A stretch of 64,000 nt of DNA from a bacterium (GCA_046757025.1 JBHHXN010000007.1:13842-77841), one strand, 5' to 3'. Numbered from the stretch's first letter, positions 21,398 through 31,845 are shown. A program made the numbers and translations. The notes: generated from the sequence alone by a model not told the origin.

Positions 21398-21787
21398 TTA
21401 CACTGCCTTCCTGCCATTCAGCTGTTTTTGAATATATCTCACCTCGAAAACCTGTAACATCAAATAAAAACACACCAGCGAAACGATAAAGCCCGTCAAT
21501 GGGACGGGTAGAAATTTCCAGACAAAAAAAAGGGCGAGTACGAGAAAGACAAATCGAATTCCCATACCGCCTAAGACCACCGTAAAAAAAGTTTTATTGG
21601 ATTTATTGAAAGCCCATTTAATGGAATAAAATGCAAATATGATGTTGACCAAACTCACCAAATATCCGTAAAACACTCCCAGGGCTAACCGGGAATCCCC
21701 AAAATAATTTATGGGGATAAGTGAGATCACCAGCAACAGCGAGGTCACCCCACTTATTTGTAAAAGAAATTTTAAATTTTCATTCAC
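21398..21787 (-). CDS. atpI: ATP synthase subunit I-like 4-TM protein
   Basis: Four hydrophobic helices directly upstream of atpB. Confidence 0.75.
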   Translation of the reverse strand: MNENLKFLLQISGVTSLLLVISLIPINYFGDSRLALGVFYGYLVSLVNIIFAFYSIKWAFNKSNKTFFTVVLGGMGIRFVFLVLALFFVWKFLPVPLTGFIVSLVCFYLMLQVFEVRYIQKQLNGRKAV

Positions 21788-22025
21788 CCTTTCCAGCCTT
21801 TGTCGAATCGTCCTGATACACCGTTCGATATATACTCAGAAAACCGGAAGCCGCCCCCAGAAAAAGTCCGATGATTAGAAATAGTGGCATGGTATGCAAT
21901 TTTGAATCGAGCCAGTATCCACCACCCACACCCAGCGAAATTGCAAGAGCAAATCGAAGTCCTAAATCGAGGTAGAGGGCCAATCCCTGGTGTCTATTGT
22001 GGGAATTCTGAGTGTTTTTTGTCAA
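21780..22025 (-). CDS. AtpZ/AtpI family 2-TM protein
   Basis: GGGYWLDSKLHTMPLFLIIGLFLGAASGF motif. Confidence 0.85.
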   Translation of the reverse strand: MTKNTQNSHNRHQGLALYLDLGLRFALAISLGVGGGYWLDSKLHTMPLFLIIGLFLGAASGFLSIYRTVYQDDSTKAGKGE

Positions 22026-22026
22026 T

Positions 22027-22476
22027 TTATTTTGCTATATTAATTTCTTCCGATTCTCCCTTCTTGTCGAGAATTTCAGAAACGCTTTTCGTGTAACTCG
22101 GTCGCTTCTCCGGAACCGTTGCTTCCGCCATAGAACAATTTCCCTCAAAAATAGCGCCTTCGTCGATGACTAATTTAGAAGTTTTCAGGTCACCGTTAAA
22201 TACCGAATTGGCTTCTAATACCACTTTGCCGGTCGCAGCCAATTTTCCCTTTAATTTTCCGCCGATTATGGCATTCCGTACTTTCACTTCACCGTCGATT
22301 GCTCCTTCTTTCCCCACTACCAATGAATCACTTGTTGTGACATTTCCTTTAACACTGCCATCCACACGCAGGGTGCTTTGCACCTTCAATGTGCCCTCAA
22401 AAGACGAACCTTTGCCAATAATCGTATTAAGATTTCCACTCACGTTAAAATCGTCGCTTTTTTTATCACCAAACAT
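22027..22476 (-). CDS. Bactofilin (polymer-forming cytoskeletal protein)
   Basis: TIIGKGSSFEGTL...LRVDG...IDEGAIFEGNCSM beta-helix. Confidence 0.93.
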   Translation of the reverse strand: MFGDKKSDDFNVSGNLNTIIGKGSSFEGTLKVQSTLRVDGSVKGNVTTSDSLVVGKEGAIDGEVKVRNAIIGGKLKGKLAATGKVVLEANSVFNGDLKTSKLVIDEGAIFEGNCSMAEATVPEKRPSYTKSVSEILDKKGESEEINIAK

Positions 22477-22506
22477 GTTAAGCCTCTATTTCTTAAATCT
22501 TGTGCA

Positions 22507-23394
22507 TCAATTTGTGGTTTCGGGGTTATTAAATGCCAGAATAAATTGTTTCGGATCGACCGGGGTACCATTCTTCCAGATTTCAAAATGCAAATGGGGT
22601 CCCGAGCTTTTCCCGCTACTGCCCAGCAAAGCAATAGGCTGGCCTTTTTTCACTTGTTGTTTTTCAGATACCAAAATTCTTTGAGTATGACCATAATAGG
22701 ATAATAAATCTCCCCCATGCTCGATGATGATCAAATTCCCCAAATCCGACGACCAATCTGCAAAAATTATCACGCCGGCGCCGGCAGCTCGAATCAAAGT
22801 GCCTTTCTTAGCTACGATGTCCACGCCCGAATGTGATTTGGGAACAAGCCGGCCTTCATCCTGAAAATCCATGGTTAGAAAACCTTTTACCGGCAGCAAG
22901 GTCGGAACGTTCTCAGCATAATCAAGTACTGTACTGCGTTTCGGCGTGACCAGGTAGCGTTGTTTAATTGTAGTCAAATCGTTTCCTTTGTTGGGGCGCG
23001 GAGACATCGCCGGCACGATGCTGTCATAAATAATATTCGAATCCCGGTTCTCAATCGAATGATTTGGCTCGGGAATCAATTCCGGATTCACACCCAGTAA
23101 ACTGCGTACCTTTTTGTACGCGTTTTCCAATGCTTCAAATTCTCTTTCTAATGCTTTGGTCCTTTCAGTATATTCCCTTAATTGCATGTTCTCAAAAATG
23201 GTCTGTTTATTATTCGCCAATAAACTTGCATACTTCCAGTAAAAAATCGCGCCAACAATAATGTGTAAGATCAACAAAGCTCCGAGCACATACAGTGACT
23301 TCACCACCCACGTCTTCAATCGAAAACTGTAAGGCTCGGCGTTGTCTTCCGGAACGATGAGTATGGAGATTTTATTTGCACGCCTTTTCTGCAT
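22507..23394 (-). CDS. M23 family peptidoglycan endopeptidase with N-terminal TM and coiled coil
   Basis: HSGVDI, YGH, SSGPHLHFEI motifs. Confidence 0.93.
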   Translation of the reverse strand: MQKRRANKISILIVPEDNAEPYSFRLKTWVVKSLYVLGALLILHIIVGAIFYWKYASLLANNKQTIFENMQLREYTERTKALEREFEALENAYKKVRSLLGVNPELIPEPNHSIENRDSNIIYDSIVPAMSPRPNKGNDLTTIKQRYLVTPKRSTVLDYAENVPTLLPVKGFLTMDFQDEGRLVPKSHSGVDIVAKKGTLIRAAGAGVIIFADWSSDLGNLIIIEHGGDLLSYYGHTQRILVSEKQQVKKGQPIALLGSSGKSSGPHLHFEIWKNGTPVDPKQFILAFNNPETTN

Positions 23395-23466
23395 GAACTA
23401 AGCAATCTAAATTTAATCTTTTCTTATTATATCCATAAACCGCCATTTTGGAGAAAATGGGTCAAA

Positions 23467-23494
23467 ATTTATAGAATATTTCTTAAAAAATCAA
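23467..23494 (-). promoter_or_regulatory. Putative sigma70 promoter for the M23-bactofilin-atp operon
   Basis: TTGATT-17 nt-TAAATT on the minus strand. Confidence 0.4.
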
Positions 23495-23526
23495 GCTCTT
23501 TCCCAAAGTTACAATTACTTAAAGTA

Positions 23527-23653
23527 TGAATGACCAGTTGAAAATCTGTTTTAATGGATAATAATAAGTTTTCATGGTTCGACTACTCTCACCATGAAAA
23601 AATGCGCTTCTGCCTGAACGGTGTCGAAGGCTCTTTTTTCAACGGGTCATTCA
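23527..23653. mobile_element. MITE-like element with internal REP-like palindromes
   Basis: TGAATGACCAGTTGAAAA / TTTTCAACGGGTCATTCA (17/18 inverted match); internal CATGGTTCGACTACTCTCACCATG hairpin. Confidence 0.6.
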
Positions 23654-23718
23654 CATATCAAAATAAACCATTCCCCGAGTGTGAACTCGGTAGAGTGTTG
23701 CCCTTTTCCCTCTTTCTT

Positions 23719-24582
23719 TTATTGCTTCTCTATCAATTCAATGATTCTTTCCATGTCGTCATTTGAATAGTATTCAATTTCGATCCTTCCGCTTTCACCG
23801 CGCGAGTTAGCAACGATGCGTACTTTAGTGGCTAAAACTTCTCTCAATCGTTCTTCGGTTTCCTTGTAGAATGGATGTTCTTCTTTTTGAACTTTGGCCG
23901 GCTTGGGTGCAGGCTGGTCCTTCTTTTTGACTAGATTTTCTACCTGCCGTACCGAGTACTTATTTTTTACGGTTTTTTTCCAGAGGGCTATTTGCTCGGA
24001 TTTATTGGTCAAAGCTAAAAATGCTCTGGCATGACCTGCCGTAATATCGCCTTGTATCAAGCTTTCTTGAATGGGATTGGGCAACTTTAATATTCGCAAA
24101 GAATTTGTAATAGTCGAACGATCCTTGCCAACTTTTTTGGAAACCTCTTCCTGGGTCAGCTTGCATTTGGTGATGAGCGTCTGATAACCTTTCGCTTCAT
24201 CGATGGGATTCAAATTCTCTCTTTGTAAGTTTTCGACGAGCGACAGCTCGATCATCTCCTCGTCGGAATGAACTTCCAAAATGTACGCAGGAATGGAATC
24301 TAAACCCAGATCGCGTACCGCCCGCAAACGACGCTCGCCGGCGATGAGCTGGTAGCCGGAATCCACGGCGCGCACGGTAATCGGTTGGATGATGCCGTTT
24401 TCCAGAATAGATTGTTTCAACTCTTCTAAAGCGGTCTCATCGAATGATTCGCGCGGTTGGAACGGGTTGGGGACAACTTTGGAGATTTCGATGTCTTTTA
24501 AACGCTGCTGCTGGAAATCATCTTCATTTGAAATGTCCGGTATGAGCGCACCTAATCCTTTGCCTAACCTTTTAACGGCCAT
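23719..24582 (-). CDS. parB: Chromosome partitioning protein ParB
   Basis: [36 protein letters not shown]. Confidence 0.97.
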   Translation of the reverse strand: MAVKRLGKGLGALIPDISNEDDFQQQRLKDIEISKVVPNPFQPRESFDETALEELKQSILENGIIQPITVRAVDSGYQLIAGERRLRAVRDLGLDSIPAYILEVHSDEEMIELSLVENLQRENLNPIDEAKGYQTLITKCKLTQEEVSKKVGKDRSTITNSLRILKLPNPIQESLIQGDITAGHARAFLALTNKSEQIALWKKTVKNKYSVRQVENLVKKKDQPAPKPAKVQKEEHPFYKETEERLREVLATKVRIVANSRGESGRIEIEYYSNDDMERIIELIEKQ

Positions 24583-25336
24583 TAACTAAAATTTCCTCAG
24601 CTAAGTTCATATAATTCTCTGAACCTTTTGAAATGGCGTCATACAAAATAATCGGTTTGCCATAGCTCGGCGCTTCACTCAAACGAACATTGCGATCGAT
24701 AATGGTTTTGAAAACCTTGTTGTCGAAATATTTTTTCACGTCTTCAGCAACCTGACGGGATAAATTCAGGCGGCTGTCGTACATGGTGAGGAGCACGCCT
24801 TCAATCACCAACCTTGAGTTCAGGTGCTTTTGTACAAGGCGAATGGTATTGAGTAGCTGACCCAATCCCTCCAGTGCATAATATTCACACTGAATGGGAA
24901 TGAGCACGGAACTGGCTGCCGTCAAGGCATTGATGGTCAACAACCCCAGCGAGGGTGGGCAATCAATAAAAATGTAATCGTACTCTTTTTTCAAATTTTG
25001 CAGGGCATTATTCAAAATGCGTTCTCTTGAAATGGTGTTGACCAGCTCAATTTCAGCGCCGGCCAACCTGACGTGCGATGGCAGCACATCTAAATATTCC
25101 AGGTTGCTGGAAGTAATGGCATGTTGAATATCCAAATTTTCAATGATGACTTCATAAATACTATTTTTCACTTTTTTAGGGTCAATGCCAATACCGCTGG
25201 TAGAATTCGCCTGGGGATCGATATCGATCAGAAGCGTGGGGTGCTCAGCCACCGCTAAACACGCCGACAAATTTACCGCTGTTGTCGTTTTTCCAACTCC
25301 ACCTTTTTGATTTGCAATGGAAATAATCTTGGCCAT
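24572..25336 (-). CDS. parA: Chromosome partitioning ATPase ParA/Soj
   Basis: [28 protein letters not shown]. Confidence 0.97.
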   Translation of the reverse strand: MAKIISIANQKGGVGKTTTAVNLSACLAVAEHPTLLIDIDPQANSTSGIGIDPKKVKNSIYEVIIENLDIQHAITSSNLEYLDVLPSHVRLAGAEIELVNTISRERILNNALQNLKKEYDYIFIDCPPSLGLLTINALTAASSVLIPIQCEYYALEGLGQLLNTIRLVQKHLNSRLVIEGVLLTMYDSRLNLSRQVAEDVKKYFDNKVFKTIIDRNVRLSEAPSYGKPIILYDAISKGSENYMNLAEEILVNGR

Positions 25337-25371
25337 GGATGCTCCGCAATCCAGATAGTTAAATTTTTACG

Positions 25372-25408
25372 AATATAAGATTTTAACTTGCTAAAATCAA
25401 GTTAAAAT
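25372..25408 (-). promoter_or_regulatory. parA promoter overlapped by a perfect palindrome (putative operator)
   Basis: TTGATT-17-TATATT on the minus strand; ATTTTAACTTG-N7-CAAGTTAAAAT at 25380-25408. Confidence 0.55.
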
Positions 25409-25461
25409 TTGGGGGTACATTTGTGAGTAAATTCAAACCTCCGGTTTGAATTCAGTAATGT

Positions 25462-28161
25462 CTACAACGGTCGGAAAATCGAAGAAGAGCCGCCGCGTTG
25501 TTCAAACTTGATATCGCGCAAATGAGGGGCCTTGATGCCGATTCGGAAGTAAAAGCCCTTGCTGAATCCCGAAGGCGTCCAATTGAACTGCGCCTCCCAG
25601 CAATGCAAATCGCGATAAAAGGAAATGCGCTGATCCACCACTTCTTCTTTTTCAAAATTATAGCGAATGCGGTAGCCAATGCGCCAGTTCTTCGTCAATT
25701 GCACTTCGACATTTGAAAGATCGATGTAGGCATTACGAGAGGGATTGGCCGGATTAAATTTATTTACGCTGTACGAAAACGATAGCGTGGCTCGCCAGGG
25801 GATGTCAAATGCCGAAAACGCGCTTTCCGGCCCGAAGCGGTCCTCGCCGCCCGTACCAAAGGGGCGCTGCGATTCCGGCACCACTTGTATGGGTACATTG
25901 GGCAAGTTTTGCTCGCCGGAGCCCGGCGAACCGCTCGGGTTCTGTGGTGTTGAACTTTTTTGTTTACCGCTCAGGGTCCATCGCGAAGTCAGATTAAATT
26001 GTGTCAATCTCAAAAAATTGAACAGACCACGGGTTTCAAATAAAAGCTTGTCCACACGCTGATTTATCTCGCGGTCGAATTCGTAAAAACTGTGCGACAT
26101 GCTCATGGTCACACTTAAATTCTTTTTGGGATTGGCTTGAAATCGGGTTGACAGATCCTGCCATTTAAAACTCTTTGCCGCAAAATTGTAACCGCTGCTA
26201 AAATTGAGGGTAAACAAATCGATTTTCTTTTCTTTTTGACCTTCGCCCCATTTCATCTGAAAAAGATTGGAGAGACTGAAACTCAAGCGGTTTTGCTCGA
26301 TGGCCGGCGTGGCGCGCGCGCCCAAACCTTGAAAGCGATCTTTTTTTACCGGCTTGCCTGTAGAATCGTTGACCATTTCATAATAACTCCACAACGAGGA
26401 CGAAAAGTCGGGCTGGTAAATAAACGAAAGCGAAGGCGTCATCACATGCCGTAACGCTTTCATGGGCCCGATACCGGTATTGAATGTCCCGTACAACTTG
26501 GTGCTAGTGGAGGCGGAATATTGAAACAAGTGCCGGGCTGCAAAGCCGCTTTTGTCTGAAGTTTTAATGGTCTTGGTGGTGGAATCAAAGCTAAAAGTTT
26601 TGGTCTTGGCAAACCAATCTTCATCGTAAGTGACCGACTGGTTGAACGTGAGCCAGCCAAATATTTTATTGGGATTGGTAAAAGTCAATCTGAAATCGTG
26701 CTCAGCTCGCCTTACTACTTCCGGGTCATCATCCTCTGAGCTGGTTTTGCTCACCGAATTTAACAGCAGCCCTTTGTAGTCATATCGAATATAGTTAAAC
26801 CATTTTGGTTTTGCTTTGGTGCGGGCTGTTTTATCTTCTCGAACCGGAATGATGGCGCTCTGGCTGCGAATAAATTGCGCCTGGGGAAACGTCACAAAAT
26901 TGGAGCCGGTATCCAGATCTTTGGTTTGAGAAAGATTCAAAGTGAGACTATTTTTTCCTTCCCCCCATCTTTTTGAGAAAGTCGCATTTGAGACGATTTG
27001 CCGGCTCAATCGCTGGCTGCGGTTAGTGCTGAACTCCCGGTAAAAACTGTTGTTGCTCACAAAACTTGCGTTGACCGAGAAACGCGTGTTCTCGTCGACG
27101 GTTTGAGAATGCCGCACTCTCAAATCCCATCGGCGCTGCTTGGAGCCATCGGGGAAATTTTTACGTGTAAACGAGCCCGAAACCGAGCCAGTAAATTTAT
27201 AGCGCAAAGCATAATTGGTCGAAGTTTTAAACAGGATGCCGGTCCGTTCAAAAAAAGACAGGGTGAATCGCGCATCAAAATAATCGTTGGCAGCCCAGTA
27301 GTACCCCAGGTCCTGGAGGTAGCGGCCTTCCACTGGGCTGGTTCCAAATTGCGGCAAAATCAGACCCGATTGGCGGCCATCTTCCTGCGACGGAAAAAAG
27401 GCAAACGGCAGGATCGCCAGCGGAATTTTGCCGATGAAAAAAATCACCGGTTTTGCAATGACTTTATCTTCGGAGATGATCTTCATTTTTTTGCCTAAAA
27501 AATGAAAGTGGGGCTCTTCATTTTCGCAGGTGGAATAGACGCCATTCTTGATGTTGATTTCATCCGGGGAAATGCGTTTCACCGCTTCACCAACATAGTA
27601 GCCGCCCTGAAATTCCGTACGCCCGCGAATGATGCGACCGCGCTCGGTTTTAAAATTGAACTCCATTTTATCTCCCACCATTTTCTCTTTGCCATCTGTA
27701 AAAACCGGCAAGCCTGCTTTGTTGCCTTTGGATGAATCCGATACCGCCAGGGAGCCTCGGAGACTATCGGGCAGACTTTCGGCTACGATGGTGTTGTCGT
27801 TCCAGCGTATCGTGATGCGGGCGGCAGTGATCTTCATATTTTTGTATTTGATGGTGGCGTCGCCGATCAAATAAGTTAGGCCGTCCTTTTTGTAGCTGTC
27901 AATGACGCGCGCGGAATAAACCACCGACGAGTCCAGGCCGACTTGGCTAATTTTAATGTGGCTTTTTTGAGTCGTATCGTTTTTTGAATTTGCAAATCCT
28001 TGGTCCGATGGTTTCTTAAATGTATCTGATTTGACTTTGCTGCTATCGGTCAAGGCCGATTTCACAGCCGAGCTGTCGGGCAATGACTTTTCCTGAGCAA
28101 GGAGTATGGCAGGCAGGAGCAGAAAAGCAGCTAAAATGATCATTCGAAACAACTTATTCAT
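25462..28161 (-). CDS. lptD: LPS-assembly protein LptD-like outer membrane protein
   Basis: Signal peptide, OstA-like N-domain, YSTC...PHF, SGLILP, beta-barrel, RDLHCWE C-terminal motif. Confidence 0.88.
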   Translation of the reverse strand: MNKLFRMIILAAFLLLPAILLAQEKSLPDSSAVKSALTDSSKVKSDTFKKPSDQGFANSKNDTTQKSHIKISQVGLDSSVVYSARVIDSYKKDGLTYLIGDATIKYKNMKITAARITIRWNDNTIVAESLPDSLRGSLAVSDSSKGNKAGLPVFTDGKEKMVGDKMEFNFKTERGRIIRGRTEFQGGYYVGEAVKRISPDEINIKNGVYSTCENEEPHFHFLGKKMKIISEDKVIAKPVIFFIGKIPLAILPFAFFPSQEDGRQSGLILPQFGTSPVEGRYLQDLGYYWAANDYFDARFTLSFFERTGILFKTSTNYALRYKFTGSVSGSFTRKNFPDGSKQRRWDLRVRHSQTVDENTRFSVNASFVSNNSFYREFSTNRSQRLSRQIVSNATFSKRWGEGKNSLTLNLSQTKDLDTGSNFVTFPQAQFIRSQSAIIPVREDKTARTKAKPKWFNYIRYDYKGLLLNSVSKTSSEDDDPEVVRRAEHDFRLTFTNPNKIFGWLTFNQSVTYDEDWFAKTKTFSFDSTTKTIKTSDKSGFAARHLFQYSASTSTKLYGTFNTGIGPMKALRHVMTPSLSFIYQPDFSSSLWSYYEMVNDSTGKPVKKDRFQGLGARATPAIEQNRLSFSLSNLFQMKWGEGQKEKKIDLFTLNFSSGYNFAAKSFKWQDLSTRFQANPKKNLSVTMSMSHSFYEFDREINQRVDKLLFETRGLFNFLRLTQFNLTSRWTLSGKQKSSTPQNPSGSPGSGEQNLPNVPIQVVPESQRPFGTGGEDRFGPESAFSAFDIPWRATLSFSYSVNKFNPANPSRNAYIDLSNVEVQLTKNWRIGYRIRYNFEKEEVVDQRISFYRDLHCWEAQFNWTPSGFSKGFYFRIGIKAPHLRDIKFEQRGGSSSIFRPL

Positions 28162-28273
28162 TTAGAGGACTCGTGCGATAAAAAGCGGGTAAATTCGGCA
28201 GTTGGTCGTAACGGTATTTGTATAACCTGTTTAGAACCAATTTGTTCCGTCTTAGATGCAAAACGCATAAAGG

Positions 28274-29626
28274 TTAAGATTCTTTTTCGGGCTTCTTATT
28301 TTCCTGCCACAGATATTTTTGCCAGAGCCGAAAAAGTCTCTCACGGATCGACTTCTCCGCACCCATCTCAGACGGCCAGTAGAAAATTTGGTCCTGCAGT
28401 TCTTCGGGCAAATAATTTTGCTGCACAAAATGTTCGTCATAGTCGTGTGGATATCGATAACCGTCGGCATAACCGGCGTCTTGCATGAGTTTGGTGGGAG
28501 CGTTTCTCAAATGCAGGGGGACCGCTGCCAGCGGCGATTGGTGCACGCTTTTCTGTGCCGCTGCGATGGCTTTATACGATGCGTTGCTTTTGGGCGCAGA
28601 GGCTAAATAGGTGGTGGCCTGCGCCAACACCAGTCTGCCTTCAGGCATTCCGATATAGGTGACGGCAGTAAACGCGGCTGTGGCCAGCACCAGCGCTTGC
28701 GGATCGGCGTTACCGATGTCTTCCGAGGCTAAAATGATCAAACGCCGCGCGATAAATCTGGGCTCCTCGCCGGCTTCGAGCATGCGGGCAAGCCAGTACA
28801 AAGCGGCATTGGGATCGGAACCGCGTACGCTTTTGATGAAAGCTGAAATCGTGTCGAAATGCAGATCTCCCTGTTTGTCGTAAGGCATGGATTTGCGCTG
28901 CAGGGCTTCGTTGATCAATTTGTCATCGATGACTATCTGACCCTGCTTATTTGGAGCCGCCAATTTCACCGCCAATTCCAACGCATTCAAAGCCACACGA
29001 GCATCGCCGCCTGAAAAATTAACCAACGGTTGTTTTGCATTTTCGGTGAGCACCAGATTCTCTTGTGTTAGAAAATCATCCGTGCTCAGTGCGCGCTCGA
29101 CCACCCTGGCTATCTCTTCGCTCGACAGCGGATGAAGCTGGACAACCCGGCTGCGGGATAGCAGCGGGGCGATCACTTCAAATGAGGGATTTTCCGTGGT
29201 GGCGCCCATCAAAACAACCGTGCCGTCTTCCACGCTGTGCAGCAGGGCGTCCTGCTGGGCTTTGTTAAAGCGATGGATCTCATCGATAAACAAAATCGTG
29301 TTTTTTGCCAATTGGCGATTGGCCCGGGCTTTCTCGATGACTTTTCGAAGATCCGCTACACCCGCTGTGACCGCACTCATGGAATAAAAATCCGATTTCG
29401 TTTCGGCCGCGATGATGCGCGCCAGCGTGGTTTTACCCACGCCGGGAGGCCCCCAGAAAATCATGGAAATCAGCTCCTGGTTTGCCAGCGCCTGCCGCAG
29501 AATTTTTCCCTCACCCACTAGATGTTCCTGCCCAACAAAATCTGCAAGCGATTTTGGCCGCTGGCGCTCCGCCAGTGGCGTGGACTGTGAAATGGTTTTG
29601 CGAGCTTCCTGGTCGAAGAGTTGCAT
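28274..29626 (-). CDS. rarA: Replication-associated recombination protein A
   Basis: PLAERQRP, WGPPGVGKTT, DEIHRFNKAQQD, ATTENPSF, SEDIGNADP. Confidence 0.97.
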   Translation of the reverse strand: MQLFDQEARKTISQSTPLAERQRPKSLADFVGQEHLVGEGKILRQALANQELISMIFWGPPGVGKTTLARIIAAETKSDFYSMSAVTAGVADLRKVIEKARANRQLAKNTILFIDEIHRFNKAQQDALLHSVEDGTVVLMGATTENPSFEVIAPLLSRSRVVQLHPLSSEEIARVVERALSTDDFLTQENLVLTENAKQPLVNFSGGDARVALNALELAVKLAAPNKQGQIVIDDKLINEALQRKSMPYDKQGDLHFDTISAFIKSVRGSDPNAALYWLARMLEAGEEPRFIARRLIILASEDIGNADPQALVLATAAFTAVTYIGMPEGRLVLAQATTYLASAPKSNASYKAIAAAQKSVHQSPLAAVPLHLRNAPTKLMQDAGYADGYRYPHDYDEHFVQQNYLPEELQDQIFYWPSEMGAEKSIRERLFRLWQKYLWQENKKPEKES

Positions 29627-29632
29627 GATGTT

Positions 29633-29810
29633 TTATTGCTTAAATTTGATTTTGGGCTTGTAAGGCAAATTAAGTTGTTTAATCTCATTCTCAAGCTGGA
29701 TAAATTCAGGATCCTTATGAATCAGAATTGCCTTTTTTATTTTTGCCAGCCTAGCTATACAACAAAATGTAAGCTAAAATAGCTGAAGTATCCAGGACGT
29801 ATTTCTTCAT
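29633..29810 (-). pseudogene. vapC: PIN-domain (VapC) toxin remnant with internal deletion
   Basis: ATG overlaps the antitoxin stop (ATGA); MKKYVLDTSAILAYILLYS* then, in another frame, IARLAKIKKAILIHKDPEFIQLENEIKQLNLPYK...*; the middle of the PIN domain is missing. Confidence 0.75.
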
Positions 29811-30034
29811 TGAAGCTTATCTTTTTCCCGCTCTTGTAAAAGAATATCTACAAGATTGCCATTTCCTGATCCTCTAAGTTTTCTCATGGCTTCCAATGCT
29901 TTTTGCCGCTTCACAGCTTTTTGTGTCACATCGTTATCTTCAATAGTTAAAGTCACCTTAGTATCTTTGGGTAAATGCAATGATTGTATTATTTTTTCTA
30001 ATTCAGACAAAGGGATATGTTCAATCCTTGGCAT
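29807..30034 (-). CDS. Putative antitoxin (VapB-like)
   Basis: 75 aa, translationally coupled to the PIN remnant; ...LRGSGNGNLVDILLQEREKD C-terminus typical of such antitoxins. Confidence 0.65.
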   Translation of the reverse strand: MPRIEHIPLSELEKIIQSLHLPKDTKVTLTIEDNDVTQKAVKRQKALEAMRKLRGSGNGNLVDILLQEREKDKLQ

Positions 30035-30174
30035 AAAAGGTTTCTCCTACCAATTATTTCTACTAATAATTCAAATTCGATACAAAAAATGTAGAATTCT
30101 CTAAGCTAAATAACGTTAAGGGAATTATGACCAAAAGCCGAAATTTCAGGTGAAGAGAAAAACCAATCTGCAAC

Positions 30175-31845
30175 TCAATCGACCCTATTCGGATCATTCC
30201 AGAAAAATTGGGTGAGACCGCTGTCGGTGCCGAACCAGATATAATCGCCATCCAACAAAATGGCATTGACGCGATTGTCGAGTAAGCCGTCCTCTGTATC
30301 AAAAGTGCGCCACGCTTTGCTGCGCCGCTCGTACTTCAAAATACCCTGATTGGTGGCCGCCCAGACAGCTTCCTTGGTGGCCAAAATTTTATTGATGACT
30401 TTGTTCGGGAAAAAGCGCCCCTCCGGAACCCCGCGCCAGGTTTTGTTTGCCAGGTCATACACATCGATGCCCTGGTCGCTGCCAAACCAAATTTCATTTT
30501 CATATCGAGACAAGGTGGTTACCCGTCGATTCACCGGGCCACCCACCTCCGCATTAAATCCGCCTTCTTTCTTTTTCGTGTCGTAAACATAAATACCCTG
30601 GCTGGTGGCAGCCCACAGCAGGTTCGCAATCCGCTCCAGCTCGTAAACTTCGACGATGGTCAAATTTCCCGGATTGATCTTTTCGACATTCAAGCTGTCT
30701 TTGCGGGTTAAATTGCGTTTCAAAATTCGGTCGATGCCATTGGCTGTGGCAACCCAGATTGTAGAATCGTCCACTTCGATATCAAAAACGAGATTGTCAG
30801 ACAATCCGTCGAAATTGTTCAGGGTCTTCCAACTTCTTTCTCTGGGAGAATAATAGCTCAATCCATAACCAGTAGCAAACCAGAGAAATTTACCATCGGA
30901 GGTGATAGAGTAAATTTTATCGCTCAACAGCGCCGACACGTCGCGTTGTTCGTAATAATCCCAGGTAGAACGATTCATGTCCCAGGCGGTAATGCCGGTG
31001 ACCGAGCCGAAATTTTCATTTCCTCCTAACCAGAGCACGCCCTCGTGAAAGGTCATGGCGTTCACCGAAGCGTTCAGCAAGCCAAAATTCAACATTTCCA
31101 GACGCAGACTGTGCACATCTCCCCGGCCTGCTCCAAGCCCGTTGGTGCCGATCCAGAGATTTCCCCAATCGTCCTTGAAGGAAACCTGAATTTCGGCGCT
31201 TCGAAAATGGAAGTCTTCCACAAAACCACTGGGATCAAACAGGTAACCGTTGGACATAAAAAAGTGCTGAAAATTATCGTTTTTTGAACGAGCGAACGAA
31301 ATGCCGTTTCTAGCATTTAGAATGACTCCGCCATATATATTGGTTTCAAACACTCGACCGTTCACACTCTTAAAATAAACGGCATTTTTCGTTATTTTGA
31401 TCAGCTCGATGTCATCAAATACCGGCAAACCGAATTCGTCCTTGAAAAAATTGCTCCAGCGCTCCGCCGTGGGGTGGTAGTAGCTGATGGCCGTACGGGA
31501 AGCGCACCATAAAAATCCGGTACTAAAATCAAACGCCACTGCGGTGATTTCGTTGTCTGCCAGACCGTTGCTGGTGGTGTACGGATAATCCCAGCGATTT
31601 TGAAATTTGTTGTAGCGGGTGATGCCGGCGTGCCGGGTTCCAAAAAATATGTGTTCATCGCCTTCAGCAATGGAGGTGATGTAGCGGGCAACCGAATAAC
31701 TAATCCAGTCTCCCTGCTGGTAATTGGGATTGCTGCCCGCATTTCTGTGATACGAAGCTTGCGCCAGCAAACCCACAAACCCTGAAATCACCAGGCCCAG
31801 AGTGAAAACAAACGCGGCAACCATCATTTGCGAGTTCTTACTCAT
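30175..31845 (-). CDS. Secreted beta-propeller protein (two-component-regulator propeller-like repeats)
   Basis: Signal peptide; repeated GLxDN / LW.GT..G motifs; no kinase domain. Confidence 0.75.
   Translation of the reverse strand: MSKNSQMMVAAFVFTLGLVISGFVGLLAQASYHRNAGSNPNYQQGDWISYSVARYITSIAEGDEHIFFGTRHAGITRYNKFQNRWDYPYTTSNGLADNEITAVAFDFSTGFLWCASRTAISYYHPTAERWSNFFKDEFGLPVFDDIELIKITKNAVYFKSVNGRVFETNIYGGVILNARNGISFARSKNDNFQHFFMSNGYLFDPSGFVEDFHFRSAEIQVSFKDDWGNLWIGTNGLGAGRGDVHSLRLEMLNFGLLNASVNAMTFHEGVLWLGGNENFGSVTGITAWDMNRSTWDYYEQRDVSALLSDKIYSITSDGKFLWFATGYGLSYYSPRERSWKTLNNFDGLSDNLVFDIEVDDSTIWVATANGIDRILKRNLTRKDSLNVEKINPGNLTIVEVYELERIANLLWAATSQGIYVYDTKKKEGGFNAEVGGPVNRRVTTLSRYENEIWFGSDQGIDVYDLANKTWRGVPEGRFFPNKVINKILATKEAVWAATNQGILKYERRSKAWRTFDTEDGLLDNRVNAILLDGDYIWFGTDSGLTQFFWNDPNRVD

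Noticed and set aside
23395..25460. oriC or parS near parAB
   Set aside because: No DnaA-box cluster (TTATCCACA) or canonical parS palindrome found by eye.
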